Sequence record: NC_047770.1
Source: Escherichia phage ESCO13
Strand: one strand, 5' to 3'
Length of the DNA stretch: 64,000 nucleotides
Below, piece after piece: positions 28,674-38,616 of this stretch. The translations under genes and the position numbers were made by a program. The first letter of the stretch is position 1; every line of letters begins with the position of its first letter. Below the pieces are notes generated by a model. It had not been told where the DNA came from. It did not search any database and saw only the letters and a program-made list of their open reading frames with translations.

Positions 28674-28877
28674 TCACGTAGTTGTTATGTTGTCTTCTTG
28701 GATACTAGAATCCACTTCTGCAAACATATCTTCTGCACTGTAATTATTTCCAGTCCAGCGTGATAAAAGGATAGCACCAATCTCTTTTGCATGAGATTCG
28801 GACTCTGCATAAACGTTAGTCCCAGTGTCACCTTTTTTCTTTTCATGTGCATAAATGCAGTAATAATTGTAAGCCAT
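28674..28877 (-). CDS. hypothetical protein
   Basis: TAATG overlap start. Confidence 0.4.
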   Translation of the reverse strand: MAYNYYCIYAHEKKKGDTGTNVYAESESHAKEIGAILLSRWTGNNYSAEDMFAEVDSSIQEDNITTT

Positions 28878-29113
28878 TAATCTTCCCAGTCATTGCCCTC
28901 GGTAGAGTGAACTAAAGCTCGCACGATACCACCGTAATCTACTGCCTGATTTGCAGCATGTTCGGCATAAACTTCAATGGCTTTTTTGAAGAAAAGAGCA
29001 GTAGCTGCTTCAATATTATCCATTTCGCCATCTACGTCAGTAGAAAGTGAAAGGTTGAGGCTTTCATCTACTTCATCAAAATCAATAGCCACTGTCATAA
29101 TTAGTTTACCCAT
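28877..29113 (-). CDS. hypothetical acidic protein
   Basis: SD aaggag upstream. Confidence 0.4.
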   Translation of the reverse strand: MGKLIMTVAIDFDEVDESLNLSLSTDVDGEMDNIEAATALFFKKAIEVYAEHAANQAVDYGGIVRALVHSTEGNDWED

Positions 29114-29125
29114 AGTTCACACTCC

Positions 29126-29635
29126 TTAAACAAAATAAAATGGTTGAGAGAGGCCCAAACGATTCTTTGGGTCGTATACATACCAAGCGTATGCTGTCTT
29201 ATCTGTTCCACCTGCAACAAACGAAGGCCGTTCTGAAAGGACTATAAGGTTTGTTGGTGGATTCTTTTGATGGAACTCTCGTCGTTTCTTTGACTCCAAG
29301 AAGCCCAACCGAAGAAGATAAATACAAACATCCGCCTCTTTTAAGCTCTTTTCCAAGAACTCCATTGCTAACTTAAATGGAGGATTTGTGATTATAATGT
29401 CGGGACGATTTTCCCATTCATGACTAAAATAATCTTTACCTTCTTCAAGTTCGCAATATTCTGAACCTTCAGGAAAATGGCGATAAATCGCTTCAGCTTC
29501 ACCTCTGCAAGGTTCTGCAAAAACCCAACCTTCTTCCTTTAGATTTTTGAAATCTATAACACTAAACAAACTATTGATTGCTTTTTGCGGTGTCGGATAA
29601 TAATCGCTCGTTGGGCGATCATAATCTAATGCCAT
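29126..29635 (-). CDS. phage-type DNA N6-adenine methyltransferase-like protein
   Basis: DYYPTP; EPCRGEAEAI; IITNPPF (NPPF motif IV); SD agaggag. Confidence 0.6.
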   Translation of the reverse strand: MALDYDRPTSDYYPTPQKAINSLFSVIDFKNLKEEGWVFAEPCRGEAEAIYRHFPEGSEYCELEEGKDYFSHEWENRPDIIITNPPFKLAMEFLEKSLKEADVCIYLLRLGFLESKKRREFHQKNPPTNLIVLSERPSFVAGGTDKTAYAWYVYDPKNRLGLSQPFYFV

Positions 29636-30053
29636 CTAAAATCTCCTCTTTTGTAATATTATCCAACTCTTTAAAGGATGAAATCTCGTTTAATAATCCT
29701 ATTTGATCAGCCTCTAGAGGATAAGTGTTTTTATCTGTTTTTCTAGACAGAATATCTTCAACAAACTTATCAATAGCCAAAGAAGAATCATAAAATTTTA
29801 AAAGTTGGTAATCCATAGGAGATATTTTGTCATCTCTTAGAAATATTTCTAACATGTTTTCAGGAGTATCGTGGTTTAGTTTATGTTCACCAAAAATATT
29901 AACTTCGTAAACATCTTTGCCAAACCAACGTTTCTTCTTTTCAACAGTATAGGTTTTTGCCACCAGACCATCTAAACAGTTTCTTGCCCTCTTACATGTT
30001 TGACGGTAAGAGTGGATAGCGCCTTCAACAAACTTAGCAGGAACTTGTAACAT
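29619..30053 (-). CDS. hypothetical protein
   Basis: SD taggagatt upstream. Confidence 0.45.
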   Translation of the reverse strand: MLQVPAKFVEGAIHSYRQTCKRARNCLDGLVAKTYTVEKKKRWFGKDVYEVNIFGEHKLNHDTPENMLEIFLRDDKISPMDYQLLKFYDSSLAIDKFVEDILSRKTDKNTYPLEADQIGLLNEISSFKELDNITKEEILDGIRL

Positions 30054-30065
30054 TATTAATCTCCT

Positions 30066-30093
30066 ATGTTTAAGAAATGCCCCCGAAGGGGCA
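30066..30093 (-). terminator. minus-strand hairpin with U-rich tail
   Basis: ugcccc-uucg-ggggca on minus RNA, then uuucuu. Confidence 0.4.
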
Positions 30094-30098
30094 GTTTG

Positions 30099-30791
30099 TT
30101 AAATAGCGGTTCCTTCGAAATCCGCCACATTTACGAGATTAATATTTTCAGATTTAGAAGTCAAGTTGTTTTCTGCAACAGATTTTTCTTCAGTATCCGC
30201 CTCGTTACCTGCCACGTTACGAGGTTCTTCTTCACCGTAGGGATTACCGAATTTCAAAAGATTGATCAATTCTTCTTTGGAGAAGTTTTCTAAATCATCA
30301 TCTGTTAATTCAATAATCTCGTCTTGTTCTTCAATAAATGTTTCACCACCAGAAAAAGCATCTCGCTTTTTAGCTACTTCCATAGCCTGTTCTGGTGTTG
30401 CCCCTGCATCAAGAGCAGCTAAAGCAAAGTCTGACCCGCTTCCTACCGCATAATATTCTTCATCAATCGGATATGCACGTGTTGGGTTATTACCTTCGTG
30501 CAGGAAAATACGTCCGTCTGGATGAACAACAAGTGCAATAAACTCTTCATCTTCTTTATCTGGATCAGAGTGAATCATCAAACCAGGGACAGCATCACGT
30601 GCTGCTTCGCACTGTAGATTTTGTTCAAACCATTGAAAGAAAGAAAGCACGGAGGTCAGACGACCAGCACCACCTACAAGGTAATCTCCAATTTTTCGGA
30701 CCTTTTTGAAATTAATAGAATCTACACGTCCACCAAAAGTTACCTTACCGTCACTCAAAATCTTATTTTTGGTTGCAATAATTGTCGTCAC
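30099..30791 (-). CDS. HslV (ClpQ)/proteasome beta-subunit-like Ntn peptidase with acidic C-terminal extension
   Basis: MTTIIATK (Thr2 nucleophile); KKVRK; GGAG; GSGSDFALAA; resembles E. coli HslV (from memory); SD gaggagg. Confidence 0.65.
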   Translation of the reverse strand: MTTIIATKNKILSDGKVTFGGRVDSINFKKVRKIGDYLVGGAGRLTSVLSFFQWFEQNLQCEAARDAVPGLMIHSDPDKEDEEFIALVVHPDGRIFLHEGNNPTRAYPIDEEYYAVGSGSDFALAALDAGATPEQAMEVAKKRDAFSGGETFIEEQDEIIELTDDDLENFSKEELINLLKFGNPYGEEEPRNVAGNEADTEEKSVAENNLTSKSENINLVNVADFEGTAI

Positions 30792-31294
30792 TATTCTTCC
30801 TCCTCTGTTAATGTTTTAAGAACCGCTTTCCCGCCATTCACATATTTGCAGATGTATTCTATCGCACGTAGTGTCTCTTTGTCAACAAAAATTTGATCAG
30901 ACGTTGCGAGCGGGTTATTAAGAAGATCACTACAATCACGAACAAGCAGTGCTTTCTTATTAAACAAATTACTTAAGAACAGTAACTTCGCCTCTTCTTC
31001 TGTTATGTGCAGAAGGCTGGGATCGGAGCCAGCTATTCCTATTATACAATCAAACAAGCTTTCTTTACTATCAGAAAGTTCTTGAAAATGGTTTAAAAGC
31101 CAATCTTCTCCTAGACACCAACATTTAAACATTTCCAGTTTATCTCGGAGGGTCATATTCTCTAAAGTAAGAGCAATCTCTTTTTCAATATGGTTTACAC
31201 AAATTTGACGAAATTCGTTAGGTTTTACGAGTCCCGTTTGATAGCACTCATCTATACCGCTTCTTCCGATAGCTATTGTTGCTACACCCATCAA
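30791..31294 (-). CDS. hypothetical protein
   Basis: SD aaggagg upstream. Confidence 0.45.
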   Translation of the reverse strand: MMGVATIAIGRSGIDECYQTGLVKPNEFRQICVNHIEKEIALTLENMTLRDKLEMFKCWCLGEDWLLNHFQELSDSKESLFDCIIGIAGSDPSLLHITEEEAKLLFLSNLFNKKALLVRDCSDLLNNPLATSDQIFVDKETLRAIEYICKYVNGGKAVLKTLTEEEE

Positions 31295-31326
31295 TCCTCC
31301 TTATAAATGGCTTCCCTGCCACATTA

Positions 31327-32085
31327 TTAAATAAACACTTCAGTAATCAGTTTAGACAAACGTCCACGTTTATTATCGTCCGTTGTCAGTTCAACGTATC
31401 CAATAAAATCTACAATTGGCTCACGAACACCTTCTTCATTTTCTGGATATAAAAGTTCCAAAATTTGATGCAGACCATTGCTACGTTTTTTAATTGCATA
31501 TGTCTGGCGAACATCGCCTAATACAATAACATGCGTATTAATACCTGCACGTTCAATAAGAAGTTTAAGTGTTTCTGTTGACATAAGTTGTGCTTCGTCA
31601 ATAATGACGATTGTATTATCCAGGGTAGCCCCCAACAAATAGTTAGGAATATTCAATTCGATCTTACCTGATCCAATATCGTTTTCCAATTTGTTGGCGG
31701 TCATGAATTGCTGGAAAATACGTTTTGTAGATTCATAGTGTGCTGCTAGTTTATCTGTTTTATCCCCAGACAAGAAACCAATCTGGTCATCTCCGACTTC
31801 AGTAGGGTTCTTGATAAAAAGTAGTTTACGGAAGTCTCCTGAACGAAGCATCTGCAAAGCTTTCCATAAAGCAACAGAGGTTTTACCAGTCCCTGCCGGA
31901 GCATTTACAACAGTCAGATCATTCCAGATCATGCTTTGAACAATCTTATTTTGGTCCCCTTCAGGCATAAATTCATCTAAACGGTAATCGTCATTACCTA
32001 CCGCTTTTGCTGCATAACGGCTTTCAATCTTTGCTGAATTAGCCAGTTTCTGCCGTTGTGTTTTAGCTGCGGTTTTATTTCCCAT
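31327..32085 (-). CDS. phoH: PhoH-like ATPase
   Basis: Walker A NAPAGTGKTSVAL; Walker B-like IVIIDEAQ; start moved to ATG 32085 after SD aaggag, which places the GGGGCCGAAGCCCC hairpin in the intergenic gap. Confidence 0.75.
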   Translation of the reverse strand: MGNKTAAKTQRQKLANSAKIESRYAAKAVGNDDYRLDEFMPEGDQNKIVQSMIWNDLTVVNAPAGTGKTSVALWKALQMLRSGDFRKLLFIKNPTEVGDDQIGFLSGDKTDKLAAHYESTKRIFQQFMTANKLENDIGSGKIELNIPNYLLGATLDNTIVIIDEAQLMSTETLKLLIERAGINTHVIVLGDVRQTYAIKKRSNGLHQILELLYPENEEGVREPIVDFIGYVELTTDDNKRGRLSKLITEVFI

Positions 32086-32102
32086 AGTAGCACTCCTTTT
32101 AG

Positions 32103-32120
32103 AAGGGGCCGAAGCCCCTT
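32103..32120 (-). promoter_or_regulatory. intergenic hairpin AAGGGGCCGAAGCCCCTT (copy 2 of 3)
   Basis: Identical 18-mer between lysozyme stop and phoH SD. Confidence 0.45.
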
Positions 32121-32122
32121 TA

Positions 32123-32623
32123 TTAGTTGTAAGCATCTAAAGTTCCAGAAGTCAGAACTTTAATTACTCGTTCAGCACGGTTTGGCGTCTGGCTATACCA
32201 TCGGCTTTTACGCATGTTTTTACCTGCTTGAGTATAATATGCATTGCTGATTAAAGTCAAGCTATTTTGAAACCCTTCAGCACCTTTTAACCCCAACTGG
32301 AAAACCATGTTGATTATTCCCAATTTACGAGTATCACTCACCTTATCATAGATTGGTGATAAGATAGCACTGTTTTTTATGTCTCTCTTCACTTTTGCAA
32401 CATCGTCAGCAAAGATTTGACGGGCTTCTTTTTCTGTGATAACTCCATTAGTCTTACGACCAAGAAGATTATCTAAGATTTGAATAGCCTTTGCTTTATC
32501 TTTTATTTTAGTCAGAAGGTGTCCTATGCCGACTGTCCAATAACCAAGATGATCTTGGTAAACAGTAAGCTTCAGTCCTTCATCGACTCGTAGCATATCA
32601 AACTCATCTACTACTTTAGCCAT
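32123..32623 (-). CDS. T4-type lysozyme (endolysin)
   Basis: EGLKLTVYQDHLGYWTVGIGHLL resembles the T4 lysozyme catalytic region; SD aggaag. Confidence 0.75.
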   Translation of the reverse strand: MAKVVDEFDMLRVDEGLKLTVYQDHLGYWTVGIGHLLTKIKDKAKAIQILDNLLGRKTNGVITEKEARQIFADDVAKVKRDIKNSAILSPIYDKVSDTRKLGIINMVFQLGLKGAEGFQNSLTLISNAYYTQAGKNMRKSRWYSQTPNRAERVIKVLTSGTLDAYN

Positions 32624-32630
32624 TTACTTC

Positions 32631-32780
32631 CTATTCGTCGTCTCCTACTCCGTGATCCAACTCATTAAACAACAGATGTTCTGGAGAAGTTTCACGTTTT
32701 GGTTTCGTTTTCTTTATGTTGGACTTCAGCTCATTTGCCAAAGCACGAGAAAAGATCTTACGTTTCTGTTTACTTTTCAT
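32631..32780 (-). CDS. small basic protein (49 aa, not in track)
   Basis: ATG after SD ggagtaa; fills lysozyme-glutaredoxin gap. Confidence 0.3.
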   Translation of the reverse strand: MKSKQKRKIFSRALANELKSNIKKTKPKRETSPEHLLFNELDHGVGDDE

Positions 32781-32785
32781 AATTG

Positions 32786-33046
32786 TTACTCCGCAATTTG
32801 AGCCATGAGATCACGCAGTTCGGTAAAACCGCCTACGTATGTTACCTCCCCGTTCACTTCAGACAGAATTTGTGGAAATGTGCGTGGAGGAACTCCGGTA
32901 AGATCAACAACTGTTTTAGTCATTGATTCTAAATCATAGTCTTGGTCAAGACTTAAATATTCAAACTGTTTATTGCGCATAGTCAATAGTTGTTTTGACA
33001 TTTCACAAAATTGACAGTTAGGTTTACCAAAAATTACAAATTCCAT
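32786..33046 (-). CDS. glutaredoxin/NrdH-like redoxin
   Basis: CQFC active site near N-terminus; about 86 aa; SD aaggagagg. Confidence 0.6.
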   Translation of the reverse strand: MEFVIFGKPNCQFCEMSKQLLTMRNKQFEYLSLDQDYDLESMTKTVVDLTGVPPRTFPQILSEVNGEVTYVGGFTELRDLMAQIAE

Positions 33047-33888
33047 TACCTCTCCTTATTAAGTAATACTGCTAAAGACTGTTCAATACCTTTATTTAAA
33101 TCTGATTTTGTAAGATAGTGACTGGTTACTAGTTGTGACTTCACCGGACGTGCTGCTGGAGCATTATAGGTTGAAGCTGATACCGCCGATATCTTAACAG
33201 GTTCTGGCATCTGTGTCAAGATCTTTTCCGCAAACTCCGCCCAAGAAATAAGATGGCTTCCTGCAAAATGGTAAGTCTTAACAGACCTTGACCAACCTGT
33301 TTTTAATACTTCAAAAATAGCTTCTGCTAAATCTGGAGCATATGTTGGACAAGAGAACTGATCAGCAACAATAATAAAATCACGTTGTCCATCATTATAG
33401 CGAGACAACATAGTTTTTAGAAAGTTATTTCCAAATTCGCTATATACCGAGGCTGTTCGAATAATATATGCATTTGGGTTAACTCCTCGCACCATTTTTT
33501 CACCAAGTTCTTTCGTATACCCATAATTGTTTATTGGGTTAGGTGTAGTGTCTTCAAAAATAGGATGAGAATAATTAAAAATATAGTCTGTGGAAATATG
33601 CACAAAATCAATTTTAAGTTTGCTGCACACTGCCGCAATATTTGCAGGGCCATAAGCATTAACAGCCAAAGCAGTAGCAAAATCTTGTTCGGCTTTATCT
33701 ACAGCCGTATAAGCGGCGCAATTAATAACACCATCTACATAATCTTCAACAATAGCGTTTCGCACAGCTTCAAAATTTGTAATATCTACACGTTCTTTAG
33801 GATAAATTAAAGATACATTTGCAGGGGCAACTTTACGTAAAGCTTGTCCCAGTTGTCCATTACCACCCAATACCAGATATGTTAGCAT
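33046..33888 (-). CDS. rmlD: dTDP-4-dehydrorhamnose reductase
   Basis: [17 protein letters not shown] Rossmann N-terminus; last gene of rml order. Confidence 0.65.
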   Translation of the reverse strand: MLTYLVLGGNGQLGQALRKVAPANVSLIYPKERVDITNFEAVRNAIVEDYVDGVINCAAYTAVDKAEQDFATALAVNAYGPANIAAVCSKLKIDFVHISTDYIFNYSHPIFEDTTPNPINNYGYTKELGEKMVRGVNPNAYIIRTASVYSEFGNNFLKTMLSRYNDGQRDFIIVADQFSCPTYAPDLAEAIFEVLKTGWSRSVKTYHFAGSHLISWAEFAEKILTQMPEPVKISAVSASTYNAPAARPVKSQLVTSHYLTKSDLNKGIEQSLAVLLNKER

Positions 33889-34448
33889 ACACCCTCGCTA
33901 CGTAACTGTTGAAAAGATTTAGCCATTGCATCTTTTGTTGATAGGATAGGTTTAAAACCTTCATCAAAAATCATATCGAAGCCCCAATCGATCCCTATAT
34001 CAGGATCATCCCAACGTAAACTTTCTTCACTAGAAGGGTCGTATGGAGTTGTGCATTTGTATTCAAAGATAGCATCCATACTCAAAACTATAAAACCATG
34101 TGCCAAACCAGGTGGAAGCCAAAACTGCGTATGGTGTCGTGCACGAAGAACAACACCGTCCCAAGCACCGTAAGTAGGACTATCTTTACGTAAGTCTACA
34201 GCGAAATCCAATACTTCACCACTTACACAACGAACAAGCTTACCTTGCGGATTATTTGTTTGAAAGTGCATTCCTCGCAAAACACCGAAGTTTGATTTAG
34301 ACATGTTATCTTGAACGAAAGTTTGTCTACCAATGATATCTTCGTATTTTTGTTCATTATATGTTTCTAAAAAGAAACCACGGTCGTCTTTATAAACGTC
34401 TGGTTTGATAATTACCGCACCTTCAATTTTTGTTTTTTCTACTTTCAT
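33882..34448 (-). CDS. rmlC: dTDP-4-dehydrorhamnose 3,5-epimerase
   Basis: Start moved to ATG 34448 (ATGA overlap with rmlA stop); cupin-like RmlC sequence. Confidence 0.65.
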   Translation of the reverse strand: MKVEKTKIEGAVIIKPDVYKDDRGFFLETYNEQKYEDIIGRQTFVQDNMSKSNFGVLRGMHFQTNNPQGKLVRCVSGEVLDFAVDLRKDSPTYGAWDGVVLRARHHTQFWLPPGLAHGFIVLSMDAIFEYKCTTPYDPSSEESLRWDDPDIGIDWGFDMIFDEGFKPILSTKDAMAKSFQQLRSEGVC

Positions 34449-35323
34449 TTTCCCTCCGCTAATTTGAGTAGGTATTGCCCGTACTCTGTTTTCTTCAGTG
34501 AGTTTCCATGGTAGACCAAAGTCTCTAAAGAAATCCACCCTTTTTTGAAAGCAATTTCTTCCAGGCACGCAATCTTCAATCCTTGACAGTTCTCAATAGT
34601 CTGCACGAATTGACCAGCTTCCATCAGACTGGCGTGTGTTCCTGTGTCAAGCCAAGTAAATCCTCGTCCGAGAACTTCCACTTGTAACTTCCTGTCTTCG
34701 AGGTAGCTGCGATTGATATCAGTGATCTCCAGTTCTCCACGCGCGGAAGGGGTTACTTCTAATGCACGTTGAATAACAGAGTTATCATAGAAATACAAAC
34801 CTGTGACAGCATAATCTGATTTAGGATTTTCAGGTTTCTCTTCAATAGAAATAACTTGACGATTACTCCCAAATTCAACCACACCGAATCGTTCAGGATC
34901 TTTCACCAAACACCCGAAGATACAAGCTCCGCCCCAAACATCTACCATCTCACTAGCGTCAATCAGTAGTTTACCAAAGCTTTGTCCGAAGAATAGGTTG
35001 TCACCTAAAATAAGAGCAACAGAGTCTTCTCCGATAAAATCTTTACCGATGATGAAAGCGTCCGCAAGACCTCGTGGCTTGGATTGGATTGCGTAAGTGA
35101 GTTTTATCCCAAACATAGACCCATCTCCAAGAAGATACTCAAAGTCTTCCTGATCGCCTGGTGTGGTGATGATTAAGATATCCTTAATGTCAGCCAACAT
35201 CAATACCGATAAAGGGTAGTAGATCATGGGTTTGTCATACACAGGGAGCAATTGCTTGCTCACACTGCGTGTTACCGGATGAAGGCGGGTTCCACTTCCT
35301 CCCGCCAAAATAATACCTTTCAT
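34445..35323 (-). CDS. rmlA: glucose-1-phosphate thymidylyltransferase
   Basis: [20 protein letters not shown] aaggagg. Confidence 0.8.
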   Translation of the reverse strand: MKGIILAGGSGTRLHPVTRSVSKQLLPVYDKPMIYYPLSVLMLADIKDILIITTPGDQEDFEYLLGDGSMFGIKLTYAIQSKPRGLADAFIIGKDFIGEDSVALILGDNLFFGQSFGKLLIDASEMVDVWGGACIFGCLVKDPERFGVVEFGSNRQVISIEEKPENPKSDYAVTGLYFYDNSVIQRALEVTPSARGELEITDINRSYLEDRKLQVEVLGRGFTWLDTGTHASLMEAGQFVQTIENCQGLKIACLEEIAFKKGWISLETLVYHGNSLKKTEYGQYLLKLAEGK

Positions 35324-35331
35324 AACCCTCC

Positions 35332-36324
35332 TTAAATCTTCTCACTCCACCATTGAGGGTTGTTTAAGTACCATTCAATCGTTGAGTAGAGATCTTGTTC
35401 AAATGTAGAGTTTGCACTCCAACCCAGTTCAGACTCTATTTTAGAAGGATTGATTTCATAACGCAAGTCATGTCCTTTACGATCTTCAACAAAAGTTATC
35501 AAGTTGGAAGAAGGGTAGGTTCCTGCTTCTGGATGTACAGCATCCATGTAGTCACAAACCATATAGATGATCTCCATATTGGTTTTGGGATTACGTGTTC
35601 CAACATTATACGTTTGACCTGGTTCTCCACCTGTTGCCACTTGAAGAATAGCTCGCGCATGATCCTCAACAAAAAGCCAGTCTCGCACCTGATCGCCTTT
35701 ACCATACACCGGAATCTCTTTATTCGTCAAGATACTTGTGATGATTTTTGGGATCAGCTTTTCTGGATGTTGATAAGGTCCAAAGTTATTGGAGCAGTTG
35801 GTTATCACAACAGGTAAACCGTAGGTACGGTACCAAGCTTTCACAAGATGGTCAGATGCTGCCTTAGACGCACTGTACGGGCTTGAAGGGGCATAAGCTG
35901 TCTCTTCGGTAAAGGGAACGCCAGAGTCTGCCATATCGCCGTACACTTCGTCTGTGGAGACATGTACGAACATCTTAAGTTTATTTTTTGGGAGGAGCCT
36001 TGCAGCTTCCAATAAATTGTATGTACCAATAATATTGGAGTCGATGAAAACTCGTGGATTCTTGATAGAATTATCCACATGACTCTCTGCCGCTAAGTGA
36101 ATGATGAAATCGGGATTGCACTCTACTACTAAACTTTTGACCTGGGTTTCGTTTGCCAAATCTGTTATGCTCAGTTTAACGTGAGTGATATCGCCTACAT
36201 TCTCAATATCTGCTGCATAGCCCATCTTATCAACGACAAAAACTTCGTTATTGGGATCTTGACAAAGAGAGCGCACCACGGCACTCCCAATAAAACCAAG
36301 ACCACCTGTTACCAGATAGCGCAT
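35332..36324 (-). CDS. rmlB: dTDP-glucose 4,6-dehydratase
   Basis: [22 protein letters not shown] (YxxxK); SD aaggagaa. Confidence 0.8.
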   Translation of the reverse strand: MRYLVTGGLGFIGSAVVRSLCQDPNNEVFVVDKMGYAADIENVGDITHVKLSITDLANETQVKSLVVECNPDFIIHLAAESHVDNSIKNPRVFIDSNIIGTYNLLEAARLLPKNKLKMFVHVSTDEVYGDMADSGVPFTEETAYAPSSPYSASKAASDHLVKAWYRTYGLPVVITNCSNNFGPYQHPEKLIPKIITSILTNKEIPVYGKGDQVRDWLFVEDHARAILQVATGGEPGQTYNVGTRNPKTNMEIIYMVCDYMDAVHPEAGTYPSSNLITFVEDRKGHDLRYEINPSKIESELGWSANSTFEQDLYSTIEWYLNNPQWWSEKI

Positions 36325-36333
36325 CAGTTCTCC

Positions 36334-36660
36334 TTACCAGACATGTTGAGAAATAATAGTTTCCGTTTTAATGTTATATTTTTCAAGTAGCTTTGCATAG
36401 GCTTCTTTTGCATTCTCATTCAATTGCTCAAGATCTACAGCTATGCTTCCTTCTCCGCCTTCTAAATCAAGGCCATATATGCAATAAGACTCATCCGCAT
36501 CGTAGAAAGGAGAGATGCGGCTTAAGTCAAGACCTTCTTGTAAGAACCAGTTAAAATCTCCGTCAAATTCTTCTTCAATTCTAGGATCTTCTCCTACAGC
36601 CTCTTCCCACTTATTTAAAGGTGCACCCTGTAACATACGCCATTCGATATCAATACCCAT
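36334..36660 (-). CDS. hypothetical acidic protein
   Basis: SD ggaggag upstream. Confidence 0.45.
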   Translation of the reverse strand: MGIDIEWRMLQGAPLNKWEEAVGEDPRIEEEFDGDFNWFLQEGLDLSRISPFYDADESYCIYGLDLEGGEGSIAVDLEQLNENAKEAYAKLLEKYNIKTETIISQHVW

Positions 36661-36814
36661 TTTTCATCTCCTCCTCTTCTTGAGCAGCTTTAATAATTGC
36701 TTCATAAATATCGTAAGCAATGCCTCCACAACATCTAGCTTCGAAAGCTATTGCTTCTGCAATGTGATCTGTTAATTCTCGTGGAATGCGAACATACTCT
36801 TTTTCACTCTCCAT
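36650..36814 (-). CDS. small hypothetical protein (54 aa, not in track)
   Basis: ATG after SD ggaggtag. Confidence 0.3.
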   Translation of the reverse strand: MESEKEYVRIPRELTDHIAEAIAFEARCCGGIAYDIYEAIIKAAQEEEEMKNGY

Positions 36815-36956
36815 CTTCTACCTCCAACCCTTCTTTTTCAAAGACTACTACTCGTCCCTCACCATGACAATTCAGGCAAGGAAATGTTACCATAATTTCC
36901 ACTTCCATCTGTCCCGTCCCACCGCACACAGGACAAAAAATAAGTTTTTCAGCCAC
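36804..36956 (-). CDS. small zinc-ribbon protein (50 aa, GTG start, not in track)
   Basis: GTG after SD aaggagg; CPVC...CLNC. Confidence 0.3.
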   Translation of the reverse strand: MAEKLIFCPVCGGTGQMEVEIMVTFPCLNCHGEGRVVVFEKEGLEVEDGE

Positions 36957-37165
36957 TATTCCTCCTTAATTATTTCAAATTTGGCAACACCATTTACAAT
37001 AATATGACCACAAGACATAACTCCTAGCCAAGGATCGCCGTTTTTCTTCAGGCGTTTACCGAATACATCACAAAAACCATTCTTCATTTCAGAGGCTTCA
37101 TAAGAAGCCCCTTTATCAAAAACGTCTTTGAATGTGTCGATTATACCAACACATTTCAAAATCAT
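36956..37165 (-). CDS. hypothetical protein
   Basis: SD gaggag; ATGA overlap with nrdB stop. Confidence 0.4.
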   Translation of the reverse strand: MILKCVGIIDTFKDVFDKGASYEASEMKNGFCDVFGKRLKKNGDPWLGVMSCGHIIVNGVAKFEIIKEE

Positions 37166-38250
37166 TCGAAGTCAAGCTCCTCATCATCAGAGAGATCTTT
37201 GTTAGCTGAATTCAATTTGTAGTTAGTTAACTGAATCTCTTGGGCTGCTGACTGAATCAAATCAGGATTCAACCATTTTTCCATCCAAGCTAAAGGGCTA
37301 TGTTTAGGTGCTTTAAACTTGGCTTTCATTTTCAATCGACGATAAATAGGAGCAGCATTGAAATAAACCCACTGTTTAGACAATTCGGCGTTAAGACCTA
37401 CAATAAAACGACCTTCACTAAACAGGTAGTCACACCACTGTTCCTCTTGTTCAACAACAGTGTCGAGGATCAAAGTCAACTCTTCAATATTGTCTTCGTA
37501 AATTTTACGCCAAATTGGGTCATGCATCAATGCATCAATTACAGCATAATCCATCTTAACATGCAAGATTTCATCTAGCATAATTTTCTGGATCAGTTTA
37601 CAAGCCCCAACAAACAGTTGTTGTTCTGCCATAGCAAAAGTAGCAGAGAAGGAAGATATAAACTGAATACCTTCTAATCCAATCAGGGCTACCATCCCTT
37701 TAAGAATCAGCAGTCGAAGTTCATCGTTAGCTTCAATCAATCCTAGAGCATACTTATGACCAGCTTCTTCCAACTGACCCATGATATCAGCAATGATACC
37801 CATACGATTGAAAATTTTATCATTAATCATAATCTGATTGATGACTTCAATTGGATCTGGAGTACATTGACGGATTATTTCAGAATACGTTAACGCATGG
37901 AGAACTTCCATTTCACTCTGCTTCATCATCATAGCACAGGCTTCATTGTTACTCAAAAATGGAGAGAACAAAGTGATGATTGATTTTGCAAGAGAATCAT
38001 TTTCCCATTGGAACGATAAGTTTTTAATCATAACATCATAGTTGTTTTTAGAACAAGCTACGAAATCTTTACGTGTCTGATCCAGATTGACTTCATTCTC
38101 ATCCCAATCTTGTGCTTTTTGAAGTTTGTAGAGTTTGTGCATTTCTGGATAAGTTACGTTAACAGAATCAAAGATCCCTAATTGCTCCCCCAAAAATACT
38201 GGATATTTTCCTGTTTTGTAAACTTCATTGTGTAAATTAATTGCTGCCAT
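37162..38250 (-). CDS. nrdB: ribonucleotide reductase class Ia small subunit
   Basis: Ferritin-like motifs EVLHALTY and GLEGIQFISSF; acidic C-terminal tail DDEELDFE; SD gtggagga. Confidence 0.8.
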   Translation of the reverse strand: MAAINLHNEVYKTGKYPVFLGEQLGIFDSVNVTYPEMHKLYKLQKAQDWDENEVNLDQTRKDFVACSKNNYDVMIKNLSFQWENDSLAKSIITLFSPFLSNNEACAMMMKQSEMEVLHALTYSEIIRQCTPDPIEVINQIMINDKIFNRMGIIADIMGQLEEAGHKYALGLIEANDELRLLILKGMVALIGLEGIQFISSFSATFAMAEQQLFVGACKLIQKIMLDEILHVKMDYAVIDALMHDPIWRKIYEDNIEELTLILDTVVEQEEQWCDYLFSEGRFIVGLNAELSKQWVYFNAAPIYRRLKMKAKFKAPKHSPLAWMEKWLNPDLIQSAAQEIQLTNYKLNSANKDLSDDEELDFE

Positions 38251-38575
38251 TTAAGTCCTCCACTATATAACACATGCTTTTAAGTTCTGCAATATCTTCT
38301 TCGCTTGCTCCGTCTATCTTATAAACACCTTCTAGACCATCCCATACACTTTTAGTTAAGATTATTGTTATGTTATTTTCTGATCTTGCTCTACCTAATG
38401 CAAAAGCCGTTGCACTAGGATCATCAGAAGCCCATATTTGTATATCCCTAAGTTGGTAGGCAGCAATATAATTGCAACACCAATGTAAAGTAAAATCTTT
38501 GGAATCTACCAAGATAACGGTTCCATCACGTTTATGGATAGGTGATGCGCCTGGTAACACTATTAATGTTTCCAT
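38237..38575 (-). CDS. hypothetical protein
   Basis: SD aaggaga upstream. Confidence 0.45.
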   Translation of the reverse strand: METLIVLPGASPIHKRDGTVILVDSKDFTLHWCCNYIAAYQLRDIQIWASDDPSATAFALGRARSENNITIILTKSVWDGLEGVYKIDGASEEDIAELKSMCYIVEDLNGSN

Positions 38576-38594
38576 ATTTTCTCCTTAGAAAATA

Positions 38595-38612
38595 AAGGGG
38601 CCGAAGCCCCTT
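38595..38612 (-). terminator. intergenic hairpin AAGGGGCCGAAGCCCCTT (copy 3 of 3)
   Basis: Directly after nrdA stop; U-rich tail on minus transcript. Confidence 0.5.
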
Positions 38613-38616
38613 GATA

